Origin: Bacteroidales bacterium
Lineage (GTDB): Bacteria > Bacteroidota > Bacteroidia > Bacteroidales > VadinHA17
Reading direction: 5' to 3'
Assembly (NCBI GenBank): GCA_046484805.1
Contig: JAWOIF010000128.1
Span: 1-53,422 of the forward strand
DNA length: 53,422 nt
Made by a program: the position numbers and the translations under genes. Positions within the stretch are counted from its first letter, which is position 1; each line of letters begins with the position of its first letter. The notes beneath the pieces are model-generated. The model did not search any database. It was not told the origin of the DNA and worked only from the letters and a program-made list of their open reading frames with translations. This document shows, one piece after another, positions 1 to 8,700 of this stretch.

Positions 1-80
1 ACTTCGGCTGAGCCACGGGTGAGACGATGACCGGCAGCGCGCTCGGGGACCTGGACCTGCACCTGTTCAACGAGGGGCGG
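1..80 (+). other. Foreign high-GC fragment encoding a GlgB-like N-terminal peptide; probable assembly or read chimera
   Basis: 55 of 80 bases are G+C, visibly higher than the rest of the window. ATG at 27 reads MTGSALGDLDLHLFNEGR, resembling the LG(D/E)LDLHLFNEG segment of branching enzyme GlgB. It joins the mnmH frame abruptly at ~80. Confidence 0.6.
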
Positions 81-1012
81 GTGCGGTAAACATATCTCTT
101 TTCAGTGACGAGGAAAGGGCGGCAGTTGGACGAACCTATAAAAGGAGAGGACGGTCCGAAGCTGTTTTGGAGGGACTTAAGTATGCCGGTCCGAACCTCC
201 GGTCAAAGCTTGCAGAGGCACAGCAAATGGCGACTTCAGATAAGCTTATGATCTATTGCTGGAGAGGAGGGTTGCGCTCAGAATCGATGGCCTGGCTTTT
301 TTCAATTGCCGGGCTGCATGTATTTAGGCTTGATGGTGGATATAAGGCTTACAGGAACAATATCCTGGGTAAACTAGCCATTAAGAGAAGGACTCTGATA
401 CTTGGCGGACTGACGGGAAGTGGAAAAACGTCAATACTTAACACTTTGGTGAAAAGAGGAGAACAGGTCGTCGACCTTGAAGCACTGGCGCATCACAGGG
501 GATCAGCATTCGGCGCCCTTGGTCAGGGCAGCCAGCCGTCAACCGAGCATTTTGCAAATATTCTCTTCGACGCATGGCGGGGTCATGATTACAGCAAAAC
601 AATATGGATTGAAGACGAGAGCAGGAATATTGGTTCCGTGTTCCTTCCCGAACAATTCTGGAAAAACATGCAGGAGTCTGGAGTGATAGCTCTTATTTCG
701 GAACCATCGGTAAGGCTGCCAAGACTGGTTAGAGAGTATTCGGTCTTTCCACCGGAACTGCTCAGGGAGTCGGTTATGAAGATATCGAAGCGCCTTGGAG
801 GTAATCGTACACAGGAGGCCCTTCTTGCCATAGATACCGGTGATTTTGAAAAGGCAGCCGCAATAACACTCGAATATTACGATAAAGCCTATTTTCATTC
901 TCTCAGCCACCATCCTTCAACCCTTGTACACCGTTTGGAAACCAAAACGGATGACCCTGAAAAGAATGCTGACCTGGTGCTTGCTCTGGCACGGAGGAAA
1001 GGATTATTATGA
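80..1012 (+). CDS. mnmH: tRNA 2-selenouridine(34) synthase MnmH/SelU, 5'-truncated
   Basis: The frame of ORF 167..1012 extends upstream to 80 as GAVNISLFSDEERAAVGRTYK (rhodanese domain). It has the active-site YCWRGGLRS, P-loop GGLTGSGKT, and DLEALAHHRGSAFG and EDESRNIG motifs. The true N-terminus is missing. Confidence 0.92.
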   Translation, partial: GAVNISLFSDEERAAVGRTYKRRGRSEAVLEGLKYAGPNLRSKLAEAQQMATSDKLMIYCWRGGLRSESMAWLFSIAGLHVFRLDGGYKAYRNNILGKLAIKRRTLILGGLTGSGKTSILNTLVKRGEQVVDLEALAHHRGSAFGALGQGSQPSTEHFANILFDAWRGHDYSKTIWIEDESRNIGSVFLPEQFWKNMQESGVIALISEPSVRLPRLVREYSVFPPELLRESVMKISKRLGGNRTQEALLAIDTGDFEKAAAITLEYYDKAYFHSLSHHPSTLVHRLETKTDDPEKNADLVLALARRKGLL

Positions 1013-2254
1013 TCACTCCTGATCAACCCAAAGGTATACTTTGTCTGACCTCCTAAGGAATTCTTTTACCGGTATTGAACAGAATTCACCCTTTCGTGCT
1101 GTTTGAACTCCTTTAAGGTCAACCCTGATCTCTCCGATCTTGTATTCGAGAACACCGGTGGTCGGGCCTGATATCAGTATATTGTCTCCTGTACTCAGGT
1201 CACCGGTTTCAAGCTTTATTTCAGCTACCTTTGATTTTGCAAAATAGTTTGTGACTTTGCCCAGATATACCTTTCTCCTTGTTGCAGAGGACCCATATTT
1301 TGAACTCCATTCACCCAGCCTCTGCCCCAGGTAGTAACCATCCCAGAAGCCCCTGTTGAAGACGGTTGACAATCTGGTTCTCCAGTCTTCTATTTTCTCC
1401 AGAGTGTAGGTTCCCCCAATAATAGCGTTCAGTGCTTCATTGTAGCATTCTGTAACCGTTCTGACATACTCACCTGAGCGTGCCCGGCCCTCAATCTTCA
1501 TAACCCTGACACCTGAATCCACAATCTTGTTCAGAAATCCGATTGTGCATAAGTCCTTGGGAGACATGATGTATTCATTGTCTATCTCAAGCTCATAACC
1601 GGTCTCTTTTTCTGTGACAATATACCCCTTGCGGCATGTTTGCCAGCAGGTTCCCCTGTTTGCCGAAGTGTTGTTCTCATGCAGGCTGAGGTAACATTTT
1701 CCCGAGACCGCCATGCAGAGGGCTCCATGGATAAATATCTCTGTCTTAACTTCTCTTCCTGACGGCCCTGTGATTTTGTTGGCTTTGATATAATCATTAA
1801 TGGTTTTTACCTGGTCGAGGCTTAGTTCGCGGGCGAGCACTATCACATCGGCATACCCTGAATAGAATTTTACAGCTTCACTATTGGTAATGTTTACCTG
1901 AGTTGAGAGATGGACCTCGGCTCCGGCAGCAACAGCATACCCGATTACTGCAATATCTGAGGCTATTATGGCGCTTATGCCGCTTTTTACCGCTGCATCG
2001 ACGACCTGCTTCATCAGGGTGAGCTCACGGTCGTATACAACAATATTAACAGTCAGATAGGTTTTAACACCCTTTTCGTTGCAGATCGAAACAATATCGG
2101 GCAGATCGTCAATTGAGAAGTTGTTTGCCGACCCGGCTCTCATGTTGAGATGATCTATGCCTAAGTAAACAGAGTCTGCCCCGCCCTGTATTGCTGCTGT
2201 CAGTGACTCGTATGAACCTGCGGGAGACATTATTTCAAAATCCGATCTCTTCAT
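1013..2254 (-). CDS. U32 family Fe-S protein, likely TrhP-like tRNA hydroxylation protein
   Basis: N-terminal SPAGS...GADSVYLG, the Cys cluster HGALCMAVSGKC...NRGTCWQTCR, SPKDLC, KIEGR and a C-terminal beta-barrel domain. Confidence 0.85.
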   Translation of the reverse strand: MKRSDFEIMSPAGSYESLTAAIQGGADSVYLGIDHLNMRAGSANNFSIDDLPDIVSICNEKGVKTYLTVNIVVYDRELTLMKQVVDAAVKSGISAIIASDIAVIGYAVAAGAEVHLSTQVNITNSEAVKFYSGYADVIVLARELSLDQVKTINDYIKANKITGPSGREVKTEIFIHGALCMAVSGKCYLSLHENNTSANRGTCWQTCRKGYIVTEKETGYELEIDNEYIMSPKDLCTIGFLNKIVDSGVRVMKIEGRARSGEYVRTVTECYNEALNAIIGGTYTLEKIEDWRTRLSTVFNRGFWDGYYLGQRLGEWSSKYGSSATRRKVYLGKVTNYFAKSKVAEIKLETGDLSTGDNILISGPTTGVLEYKIGEIRVDLKGVQTARKGEFCSIPVKEFLRRSDKVYLWVDQE

Positions 2255-3462
2255 GACTTTGATTTAAGCTGAGCCTTAGCCCTTCCGGCATCGTTAGCGG
2301 CACTGCTAAGAGCAATTCTGATGCATGTGCCTTTTCCCGGCTCTGATGATTGTACAAATATCCTGCCCCTGTGGTAATCTTCAATGATCCTCTTTGCAAG
2401 AGAGAGCCCCAGGCCCCACCCTGTTTTTTTGGTCGTATATCCCGGACGAAAGATTGAGGTGAAAGCCCTCCTGGGAATACCTTTCCCGGTATCGCAGAAG
2501 TCAATGATAATACAATTCTGGAGTGATGAGAAAATAACAGATATTGTACCTTCTCCCTCCATAGCATCTATTGCATTCTTGCACAGGTTCTCAACTACCC
2601 ATTCAAACAGTTCGTTGTTTATCTCGGCCGTGGCTTCGCCTTCCGATATCTGGTTTATGAGATTGTATTTAACCTTTGATGAGGTTCTGTTTTTCAGATA
2701 GCTGATTGTTGTCTCTGTCAGATCAATCAGGTCATATCTATCCAGTTCCGGCTTTGAACCTATACCTGAAAAGCGGGCGGCAATCTTCTCCAGTCTGAGG
2801 ATGTCTTTCTGCATCTCTGCGGAGAGCTCCTCTCCGGGATATTTTTCGCGGAACAAATCGAGCCAGGCCGATAGTGATGAAACCGGAGTGCCAAGCTGGT
2901 GAGCTGTCTCCTTCGACATTCCTACCCACACCTGGTTTTCTTCTGCCTTACGGGAAGAGCTGAAAGCCATGTAGGAAACACCCCCGAAAAATATGATAAC
3001 AATGAGTTGAATCCATGGATAGTACCTTACTTTCTTCAGAATAATGGAGTCCTTGTAGTAGATAAAATTAAAATGACCTTCACCCAGATCGATCTTAATG
3101 GGTTCCCTCCTTTCTGATATCTTTCTGAGTTCATTTCCGAGATATTCAGGATCCTTCTTAATCCGGTTCTCCCTGAAGTTTGCCGATGAAATTATATTGC
3201 CCTTGCCGTCGGTGAGTATCAGAGGAACAGTGGTGTTGTTTTCGATTATGGTGGCTGTCAGTTCAAGGTCTTCAAAATCACTCTCCTCAGCTGTGATGAT
3301 ATTTCGTGTGGCCATGGCCCATAATTCGACCTTGCTGCGCTCTTCAGCTTCAAGACGCTTTACCAGACTGCGGGTATATCTTGCCGATGCAAGACCTATC
3401 AATGGCGCTATAACCCCAATAAGCAATGCCTTTAACAATATTCTGCGCCGATAGATATTCAC
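2251..3462 (-). CDS. Membrane sensor histidine kinase (2 TM)
   Basis: H-box KETAHQLGTP, N-box ENLCKNAIDAM, G-boxes DTGKGI and GWGLGLS; two TM segments flank a sensor domain. Confidence 0.92.
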   Translation of the reverse strand: MNIYRRRILLKALLIGVIAPLIGLASARYTRSLVKRLEAEERSKVELWAMATRNIITAEESDFEDLELTATIIENNTTVPLILTDGKGNIISSANFRENRIKKDPEYLGNELRKISERREPIKIDLGEGHFNFIYYKDSIILKKVRYYPWIQLIVIIFFGGVSYMAFSSSRKAEENQVWVGMSKETAHQLGTPVSSLSAWLDLFREKYPGEELSAEMQKDILRLEKIAARFSGIGSKPELDRYDLIDLTETTISYLKNRTSSKVKYNLINQISEGEATAEINNELFEWVVENLCKNAIDAMEGEGTISVIFSSLQNCIIIDFCDTGKGIPRRAFTSIFRPGYTTKKTGWGLGLSLAKRIIEDYHRGRIFVQSSEPGKGTCIRIALSSAANDAGRAKAQLKSKS

Positions 3463-3465
3463 TGA

Positions 3466-6054
3466 TTATCCTTTTATTATTTTTTTTAAGAGTGACCTTA
3501 CAGTACTGCTCTTCTGGTCCTTCCTTACAGTATCTGTCTTAATGGTATCGGGTTGAATCACCTCATCCCATATTATTCTGAATTTGGGTTTCTGCTCTTC
3601 CTGCCGGATGACCGTTGTATCCATACCATACCAACCCAGTTCCTCTTTAAGGATTACCTTCAGTGATTGCTTTTCGTTCCTCAGGTCTTCCCTGATCACA
3701 CTCCTGGCGGCCCTGCCATCATAGGTAACAGCCTCCTTATCTCCCTGACGGCTTAGCAGAAGAAAGAGTGAAGTCCTGCCCAACTCATCATCCTCAACTA
3801 TACCGAATTCGTTTCCCGGGTTCTTTTTGGGAGCCTTGCGGCTCAAAATCTGCGACAGCAACACCCTGAGGTGATATTCGTAATCGCCGTTGAACAAATG
3901 CTTCCCGCTTATGCCGAAATCAGCTGCTGATGACTTTATCTCCATATGTGGTATTGCAAATGTACCCGATTTGATGTAGAATTCATTTTCCAGTCTTGAG
4001 AACCTTATGTTTTCGAGTTCACTGATCTCAATGAATCTCGAAAGGTTCATTACAGGAGGGAAACCAAGCAGCTCACCATTATCGATGGTAAAAGAGCCTT
4101 CCGATGAAATTGACCAAAGATCAGGAACAAACCTGCCATCAAGGTCCATCAGCATATCATATTTTCCTGTCAGTGAGCCTTTGAGGTTCTCAGCTACAAT
4201 GAAATCCTGCCTGAAATTATTGAAAGATACAAATGCATTGTTAATGTCAATTTTGTCAAAGGTCAGCCTTGTGTCGATGCCGAAACCTCCATCGTCTCGT
4301 TCGGTAAGCACCGCAGAACCTGCAACATCACCATTCATTGACCTGAGAGCAAGGTCGTCAAGTAGCAGCCTTCCTGAGCTGTAACCGAGACGGCCCGAAG
4401 CATCGAAAGCTGAAAATGACTTGTGATAAAACTCACCAATGGAAAATCTTATATCGGCAGAATATCCACGGGGCATTTTGAAGGAACCTGAACTGTCCGG
4501 CTCGTCGGTGGTTCCCTTCCGCATAAGCATACCCGGTGTCAGATGAGGAGAGCCCAAATATCCGTTGATCTCTACTAAAGTAGCCTCTCCACTGACCCAT
4601 CTGGTGAAGTTCCTGATCTCACCGTCGGCTTGAATCCTCTGTCCGTTTATTCCCATTTGCAGGCTGTCGACCCAAAGGTTTCCTGAAAGCATCAGGTTTC
4701 CGGTGATGTCAGACAGAGAGTATTCATTAACGTTAAGGGAGACTGACGACAGCCAAAAGTTTCCAACAGGATTCATGGCTGCAACGCTTTTCAGAGTCAC
4801 TTTTCCATCCTCAGGAAGCCTGCTGTTGAGTGAGACAGAGGCCCTGACCCTGCCGGTTGCGCCAGCCGGGAATGAACCTCCTGACAGAGCAGCAACTTCC
4901 GAAAGATCGAGTACGGGATTAATATCAGCCTTCAGCGCCGGCCTTGCAAAGTTAGTGTATGAGAGAGAACCTCTTAGTGATGAGTTTGCTGTTTTGATGT
5001 CGATCATGTCAAACACAATCTGCGAGGAGGCGGCGTTAAGCCTTTCTCCGTTTGTGTAAAATCCTGATAACGAACTCTCCCTGAAACGTATTCCGGTTCC
5101 TGGAATCTCAAAGCCTGCTCCGTGCATCGAGAAGGCAACATCATATCGTAGTTTTGACTCACTTGAGAGTATACCTTCTATGTGGCAAAGAGCACTTACC
5201 TTGCCAGAGGGTCTGTATTTAAGCCATGTCTGAAATTTGTCCGGAAGGAACCCTGATAGTGATGATATATCGGCGTTCCCCGAGCTTATCGAAAGATTCG
5301 TCATGCCCGTGCCGGGAGCATAGAAACCGTTAATCGCAAAGGCCATATCCTGCAGGTCAAGCGTTCCTTTGTTAAGCGTGACTGCCGAGTCTGATTTGTG
5401 AAGATCAAGGGTGAGCGAACCGTCAACCTTATTATTGATGGTAATACCGTTCATCGAGAGGTTAAGAAGCCCGAAGGAGGCTTCAGCCTTCAGCCTTATA
5501 TCGGTTCCTGCGATTGATCCGTTCAGCCGGGCTGTATTAATATGGATCATATTATACACCTCTTTCAGATCGTTTGCATAATTCAGGGATATATCATTTA
5601 GCCTGATGTTTTTAAGGTTAACCGAAACAACCTGATTGTCGTCTGAACCATCTGCAATGGAAGGCAAATTTGATATTCCATCCTCCCCCGTAAGTAAATG
5701 AATTTTACCACCCGATATACCTACCCATTCGATTGTATAGTTCTTCCTCAGAAGATTGATAATCCTAAACTCAAGTGATACTATAGCTGCAGTTATAATT
5801 GTGTCGTTACCATTCACAGCTACGGGCCCTCTTACAGCAATATCCTCCAAAATAAATGAAGCCCTGGGGAACCTCTTCAGCAGAGTCAGTTTTGAATCTG
5901 ATATTGTCGTTGTGAATTCCGACCTGCTATTGATTTCGCTAATGAATATCTCTGCTACCCTGTCCTTATAAACCATTGTAATTACAAGCAGGGCCGTAAG
6001 TGTCAGACCTGCTGTAACCAGTAATAAACGGACCGGATTTCGCAGTATTTTCAT
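3466..6054 (-). CDS. AsmA-like (bridge-like lipid transfer) protein
   Basis: N-terminal TM anchor, long beta-rich repetitive body and an AsmA-like C-terminal region (IPHMEIKSSAADFGISGKHLFNGDYEYHL). Confidence 0.8.
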   Translation of the reverse strand: MKILRNPVRLLLVTAGLTLTALLVITMVYKDRVAEIFISEINSRSEFTTTISDSKLTLLKRFPRASFILEDIAVRGPVAVNGNDTIITAAIVSLEFRIINLLRKNYTIEWVGISGGKIHLLTGEDGISNLPSIADGSDDNQVVSVNLKNIRLNDISLNYANDLKEVYNMIHINTARLNGSIAGTDIRLKAEASFGLLNLSMNGITINNKVDGSLTLDLHKSDSAVTLNKGTLDLQDMAFAINGFYAPGTGMTNLSISSGNADISSLSGFLPDKFQTWLKYRPSGKVSALCHIEGILSSESKLRYDVAFSMHGAGFEIPGTGIRFRESSLSGFYTNGERLNAASSQIVFDMIDIKTANSSLRGSLSYTNFARPALKADINPVLDLSEVAALSGGSFPAGATGRVRASVSLNSRLPEDGKVTLKSVAAMNPVGNFWLSSVSLNVNEYSLSDITGNLMLSGNLWVDSLQMGINGQRIQADGEIRNFTRWVSGEATLVEINGYLGSPHLTPGMLMRKGTTDEPDSSGSFKMPRGYSADIRFSIGEFYHKSFSAFDASGRLGYSSGRLLLDDLALRSMNGDVAGSAVLTERDDGGFGIDTRLTFDKIDINNAFVSFNNFRQDFIVAENLKGSLTGKYDMLMDLDGRFVPDLWSISSEGSFTIDNGELLGFPPVMNLSRFIEISELENIRFSRLENEFYIKSGTFAIPHMEIKSSAADFGISGKHLFNGDYEYHLRVLLSQILSRKAPKKNPGNEFGIVEDDELGRTSLFLLLSRQGDKEAVTYDGRAARSVIREDLRNEKQSLKVILKEELGWYGMDTTVIRQEEQKPKFRIIWDEVIQPDTIKTDTVRKDQKSSTVRSLLKKIIKG

Positions 6055-6089
6055 TTGACATCAGTGAGGTTCAATGGTTCAACATTTGA

Positions 6090-6797
6090 TTACCTGAGCA
6101 GGAAGGAGAGATTGTCGTTTACATCCATTTCTGCGGGGGCATTGCCACGGAGGAATACCCTTGCTTTCCTGGGACCGATAAGTTTCATGTTATTATTCTC
6201 AACCAGAAGCATGGTTCCTTCCCTTAGTCCTAAAACGTACATACCGGGATTGGCTTCAATGAACTCCTCTATTCGCTGTTCCCTTGTTTCTCCTGCATGT
6301 CCTTCAGGATTGGCATCAAGATAATGCGGGTTTATCTGAAAGGGAATCAGGTTGAGTGCATTGAATGAATCGGGTTCAGTTATCGCCATGTCATTCGTGG
6401 TGCGTATAGTGGGGCATGCCATATTCGATCCTGCACTCCAACCTATATAGGGTGTACCTGAAAGCACTTTCTTCCTTATCGGTTCTGTCAGTCCGTTGTC
6501 CTGAACCATTTTCAGCAATTGCCATGTGTTCCCTCCGCCAATTACTATGGCTTCCGCTTCTTCAACAGCTTTGACCGGATCTTTGAACCTGTGTATGGAT
6601 ATAACATCATGACCTACCTCCCTGAAGCGGTTCTGTACCTTTTCTTCATACAGATCGAACGAGAATGTAACTGCCGCATAGGGTATGAAAAGAGCCTTCA
6701 CCGGTTTTTCCCCCAGGAATTCCCTGATGTTGTACTTGGGATAGTCAAGATACTCTTCTCCTGCATTTGTTGAGTTGCTGATAAGTAGTAGTCTCAT
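6090..6797 (-). CDS. pepE: Dipeptidase E (peptidase S51)
   Basis: LLLISNST, FIPYA, GGGNT, nucleophile GWSAG and INPHY motifs. Confidence 0.93.
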   Translation of the reverse strand: MRLLLISNSTNAGEEYLDYPKYNIREFLGEKPVKALFIPYAAVTFSFDLYEEKVQNRFREVGHDVISIHRFKDPVKAVEEAEAIVIGGGNTWQLLKMVQDNGLTEPIRKKVLSGTPYIGWSAGSNMACPTIRTTNDMAITEPDSFNALNLIPFQINPHYLDANPEGHAGETREQRIEEFIEANPGMYVLGLREGTMLLVENNNMKLIGPRKARVFLRGNAPAEMDVNDNLSFLLR

Positions 6798-6829
6798 AAT
6801 TATTGTTTTAAGAGTTAATAATTCTGATA

Positions 6830-7570
6830 TTATTTGTTTTGGTCATTTTTTTTCCGGCTCAACCGGGTCAGTAAATAACGATGTGTAAGTATGTTGAAAG
6901 TTAATATCTTATCTGCCAATACTTCACCTGTACCGGTAACTATCTTGATAACCTCAAAAGCCATCATCGCACCGGTTACGCCCGGAAGCATACCGAAAAG
7001 TCCGGTTTGTGATGGGTCAGGATTACGTATCCTGCCCTGTTCCTTTGGGTTATAGCTTCTGTACGATCCGCTGCCCCTGTAATTGAAGACAGAGACCTGT
7101 CCCTCACTGCCGTAAATTGCTCCGTGTATCATAGGCTTGCCGGTTTCTGAACAAACGTTATCGATCACATAACGGGTTTCGTAGTTGTCTGTTGCATCTA
7201 CCACGATATCCCATGGTGAAATAATCTTGCCCGCGTTGGCTTCGGTAAGCCTGATGTTATAAACCTCGGTCTGGGTCAGATTACTCAACTTATTGAGGAT
7301 GTCTCTGGCTATGATAGACTTGAGCTTTCCCAGATCGTTGCCTCCATATAATATCTGCCTGTGGATGTTCGATTCGTTAACCATATCGAATTCTACGATT
7401 CCAATAGAGCCTATACCTGCAGCATTCAGGTATTGAAGCACAGGACAACCGAGACCGCCGGCGCCAACAACCAGTACCCTGGCTTTCCTGATGGCTTCCT
7501 GCCCCTCCTCTCCAATGTCAGGAAGCATAATCTGCCTTGAAAAAATCCTTTTTTCCCTCTCTGTGAGCAT
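6830..7570 (-). CDS. HesA/MoeB/ThiF family adenylyltransferase (Cys motifs degenerate)
   Basis: SRQIMLPDIG, GAGGLGCP, SNIHRQ and DATDN motifs; no CxxC motifs and no rhodanese domain. Confidence 0.88.
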   Translation of the reverse strand: MLTEREKRIFSRQIMLPDIGEEGQEAIRKARVLVVGAGGLGCPVLQYLNAAGIGSIGIVEFDMVNESNIHRQILYGGNDLGKLKSIIARDILNKLSNLTQTEVYNIRLTEANAGKIISPWDIVVDATDNYETRYVIDNVCSETGKPMIHGAIYGSEGQVSVFNYRGSGSYRSYNPKEQGRIRNPDPSQTGLFGMLPGVTGAMMAFEVIKIVTGTGEVLADKILTFNILTHRYLLTRLSRKKNDQNK

Positions 7571-7606
7571 CTCTGTTCCTCCGCCTCAAGCTATTGTGCG
7601 TTGAGG

Positions 7607-7614
7607 CAAAGATA
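7607..7614 (-). promoter_or_regulatory. Bacteroidota primary-sigma -7 element TATCTTTG for the moeB-pepE-asmA-HK-U32 operon
   Basis: Exact TAnnTTTG match 36 nt upstream of the moeB-like ATG. Confidence 0.6.
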
Positions 7615-7615
7615 A

Positions 7616-7650
7616 ATAAAAAGGCGTAACGGTTTTCATGCCGTTACGCC
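7616..7650 (-). terminator. Rho-independent terminator of the ECF/anti-sigma/OMP operon
   Basis: Perfect 10-bp stem GGCGTAACGG/CCGTTACGCC (7623-7650), followed on the minus strand by TTTTTATT. Confidence 0.8.
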
Positions 7651-7674
7651 CTGGTGTATTCACTCTAATGGGAA

Positions 7675-8634
7675 CTACCTGTAAATCGTAAACGAAAGTC
7701 CTACTTCAAACGGGTGTATATCAGGACCTTTCCCTTCCCTGAACAACGGTGTCATATAGTAGGTGCCGTACAGGTTGATATCCCTGTAGCCGGCCCTGGC
7801 GGTAAATCCATAGCGCAGCATGTTGAGGCTGAAGTCGCCTTGTTCCTTAACCTTCTGCTTGCCATCCCAGTAGTATACGGTTTTGGTGTTTGAGCCTAAC
7901 TTTATTGAACCGATAGGTCCGGCGGCTACTCTGACCCGATGGTATTTTCCCGTGGGCAGCTGCATTTCAAGAAGCAATGGGGCCGTCAGGAACCTTGTGG
8001 CAAGCTTGCTCTTTTCATACACAATTCCTTCTTCAGGGTATTGTGGAGTTATTATTCCGTTGCCTGACTTCACAATGGTGTTATTCCCCTCAAAGAAGTA
8101 GTTGTTCATATTGAAGCCAAGACCTGAAACCAAACCAATATGCCTGGTTAATCCAATATTGACCTGAGCAAAGTTGATGTTGACATTCATAGATTTTCCC
8201 GAGTTCAGGGTCAGGTAGTAATCGTCATCGGGAAGCACCATGCTGTGGTCAGATGTAAGGAAATTGTTAAACCCGATTTCAATGCCTGACCAGTTACCGT
8301 TGAAAAAAGTCCTGCCCTTCCTTTTGTCAGACTGCCGGGTGTTAATACTCCTTGAGAAAATCTCCTCATTCGATTCTTCGTCAAACCTCTTAACCGATAC
8401 TTTATGTCCCTCAAGCATCTCGAGTATTTCAATTCCACGGTTGCCGAAGCGCAGGCTTCGCGATTCGGGAGATCCTTCATATGACAGGAGGTCTTCGCCT
8501 ATGGTAATTCTGGTATCTGAAATGACTTTTTCTGATCCTGGCCTGGTCGATGCAACCAGCTTTGTCGAATCATCCTGGGTGATTGCCGGATAGGCAAGGG
8601 AAAATGCTACTGTAAGTAAAACAAATCTTTTCAT
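7675..8634 (-). CDS. Outer-membrane beta-barrel protein (PorT/porin-like family)
   Basis: Signal peptide, amphipathic strands (LTAPLLLEMQ, RYGFTARAGY) and an aromatic-rich C-terminus. Confidence 0.75.
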   Translation of the reverse strand: MKRFVLLTVAFSLAYPAITQDDSTKLVASTRPGSEKVISDTRITIGEDLLSYEGSPESRSLRFGNRGIEILEMLEGHKVSVKRFDEESNEEIFSRSINTRQSDKRKGRTFFNGNWSGIEIGFNNFLTSDHSMVLPDDDYYLTLNSGKSMNVNINFAQVNIGLTRHIGLVSGLGFNMNNYFFEGNNTIVKSGNGIITPQYPEEGIVYEKSKLATRFLTAPLLLEMQLPTGKYHRVRVAAGPIGSIKLGSNTKTVYYWDGKQKVKEQGDFSLNMLRYGFTARAGYRDINLYGTYYMTPLFREGKGPDIHPFEVGLSFTIYR

Positions 8635-8670
8635 GGTGTTATTAAGTTTATATTTTAACTGGTTTTGATG

Positions 8671-8700
8671 ATGAGACGGAATGATCTCTGAAAAAGTTAC
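8671..8700 (-). promoter_or_regulatory. ECF-type promoter copy 2 (GTAACTTT-N14-CGTCTCAT) upstream of the OMP gene
   Basis: Same -35 and -10 words and same 17-nt GTAAC-to-CGTC spacer as the copy upstream of the ECF sigma gene. Confidence 0.75.

Noticed and set aside
80-1012. Selenoprotein or stop-codon recoding suggested by mnmH
   Set aside because: I saw no gene interrupted by an in-frame TGA or TAG; recognisable genes appear full length under the standard code.
1013-2254. Collagenase/virulence protease
   Set aside because: This is a legacy U32 annotation. The Fe-S Cys cluster and lack of a signal peptide fit an RNA/quinone hydroxylation family.
7583-7607. Riboswitch (Moco/TPP) in the moeB-like leader
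   Set aside because: Only a 7-bp hairpin (GCCTCAA/TTGAGGC) in a ~35-nt leader, too short and without aptamer consensus.
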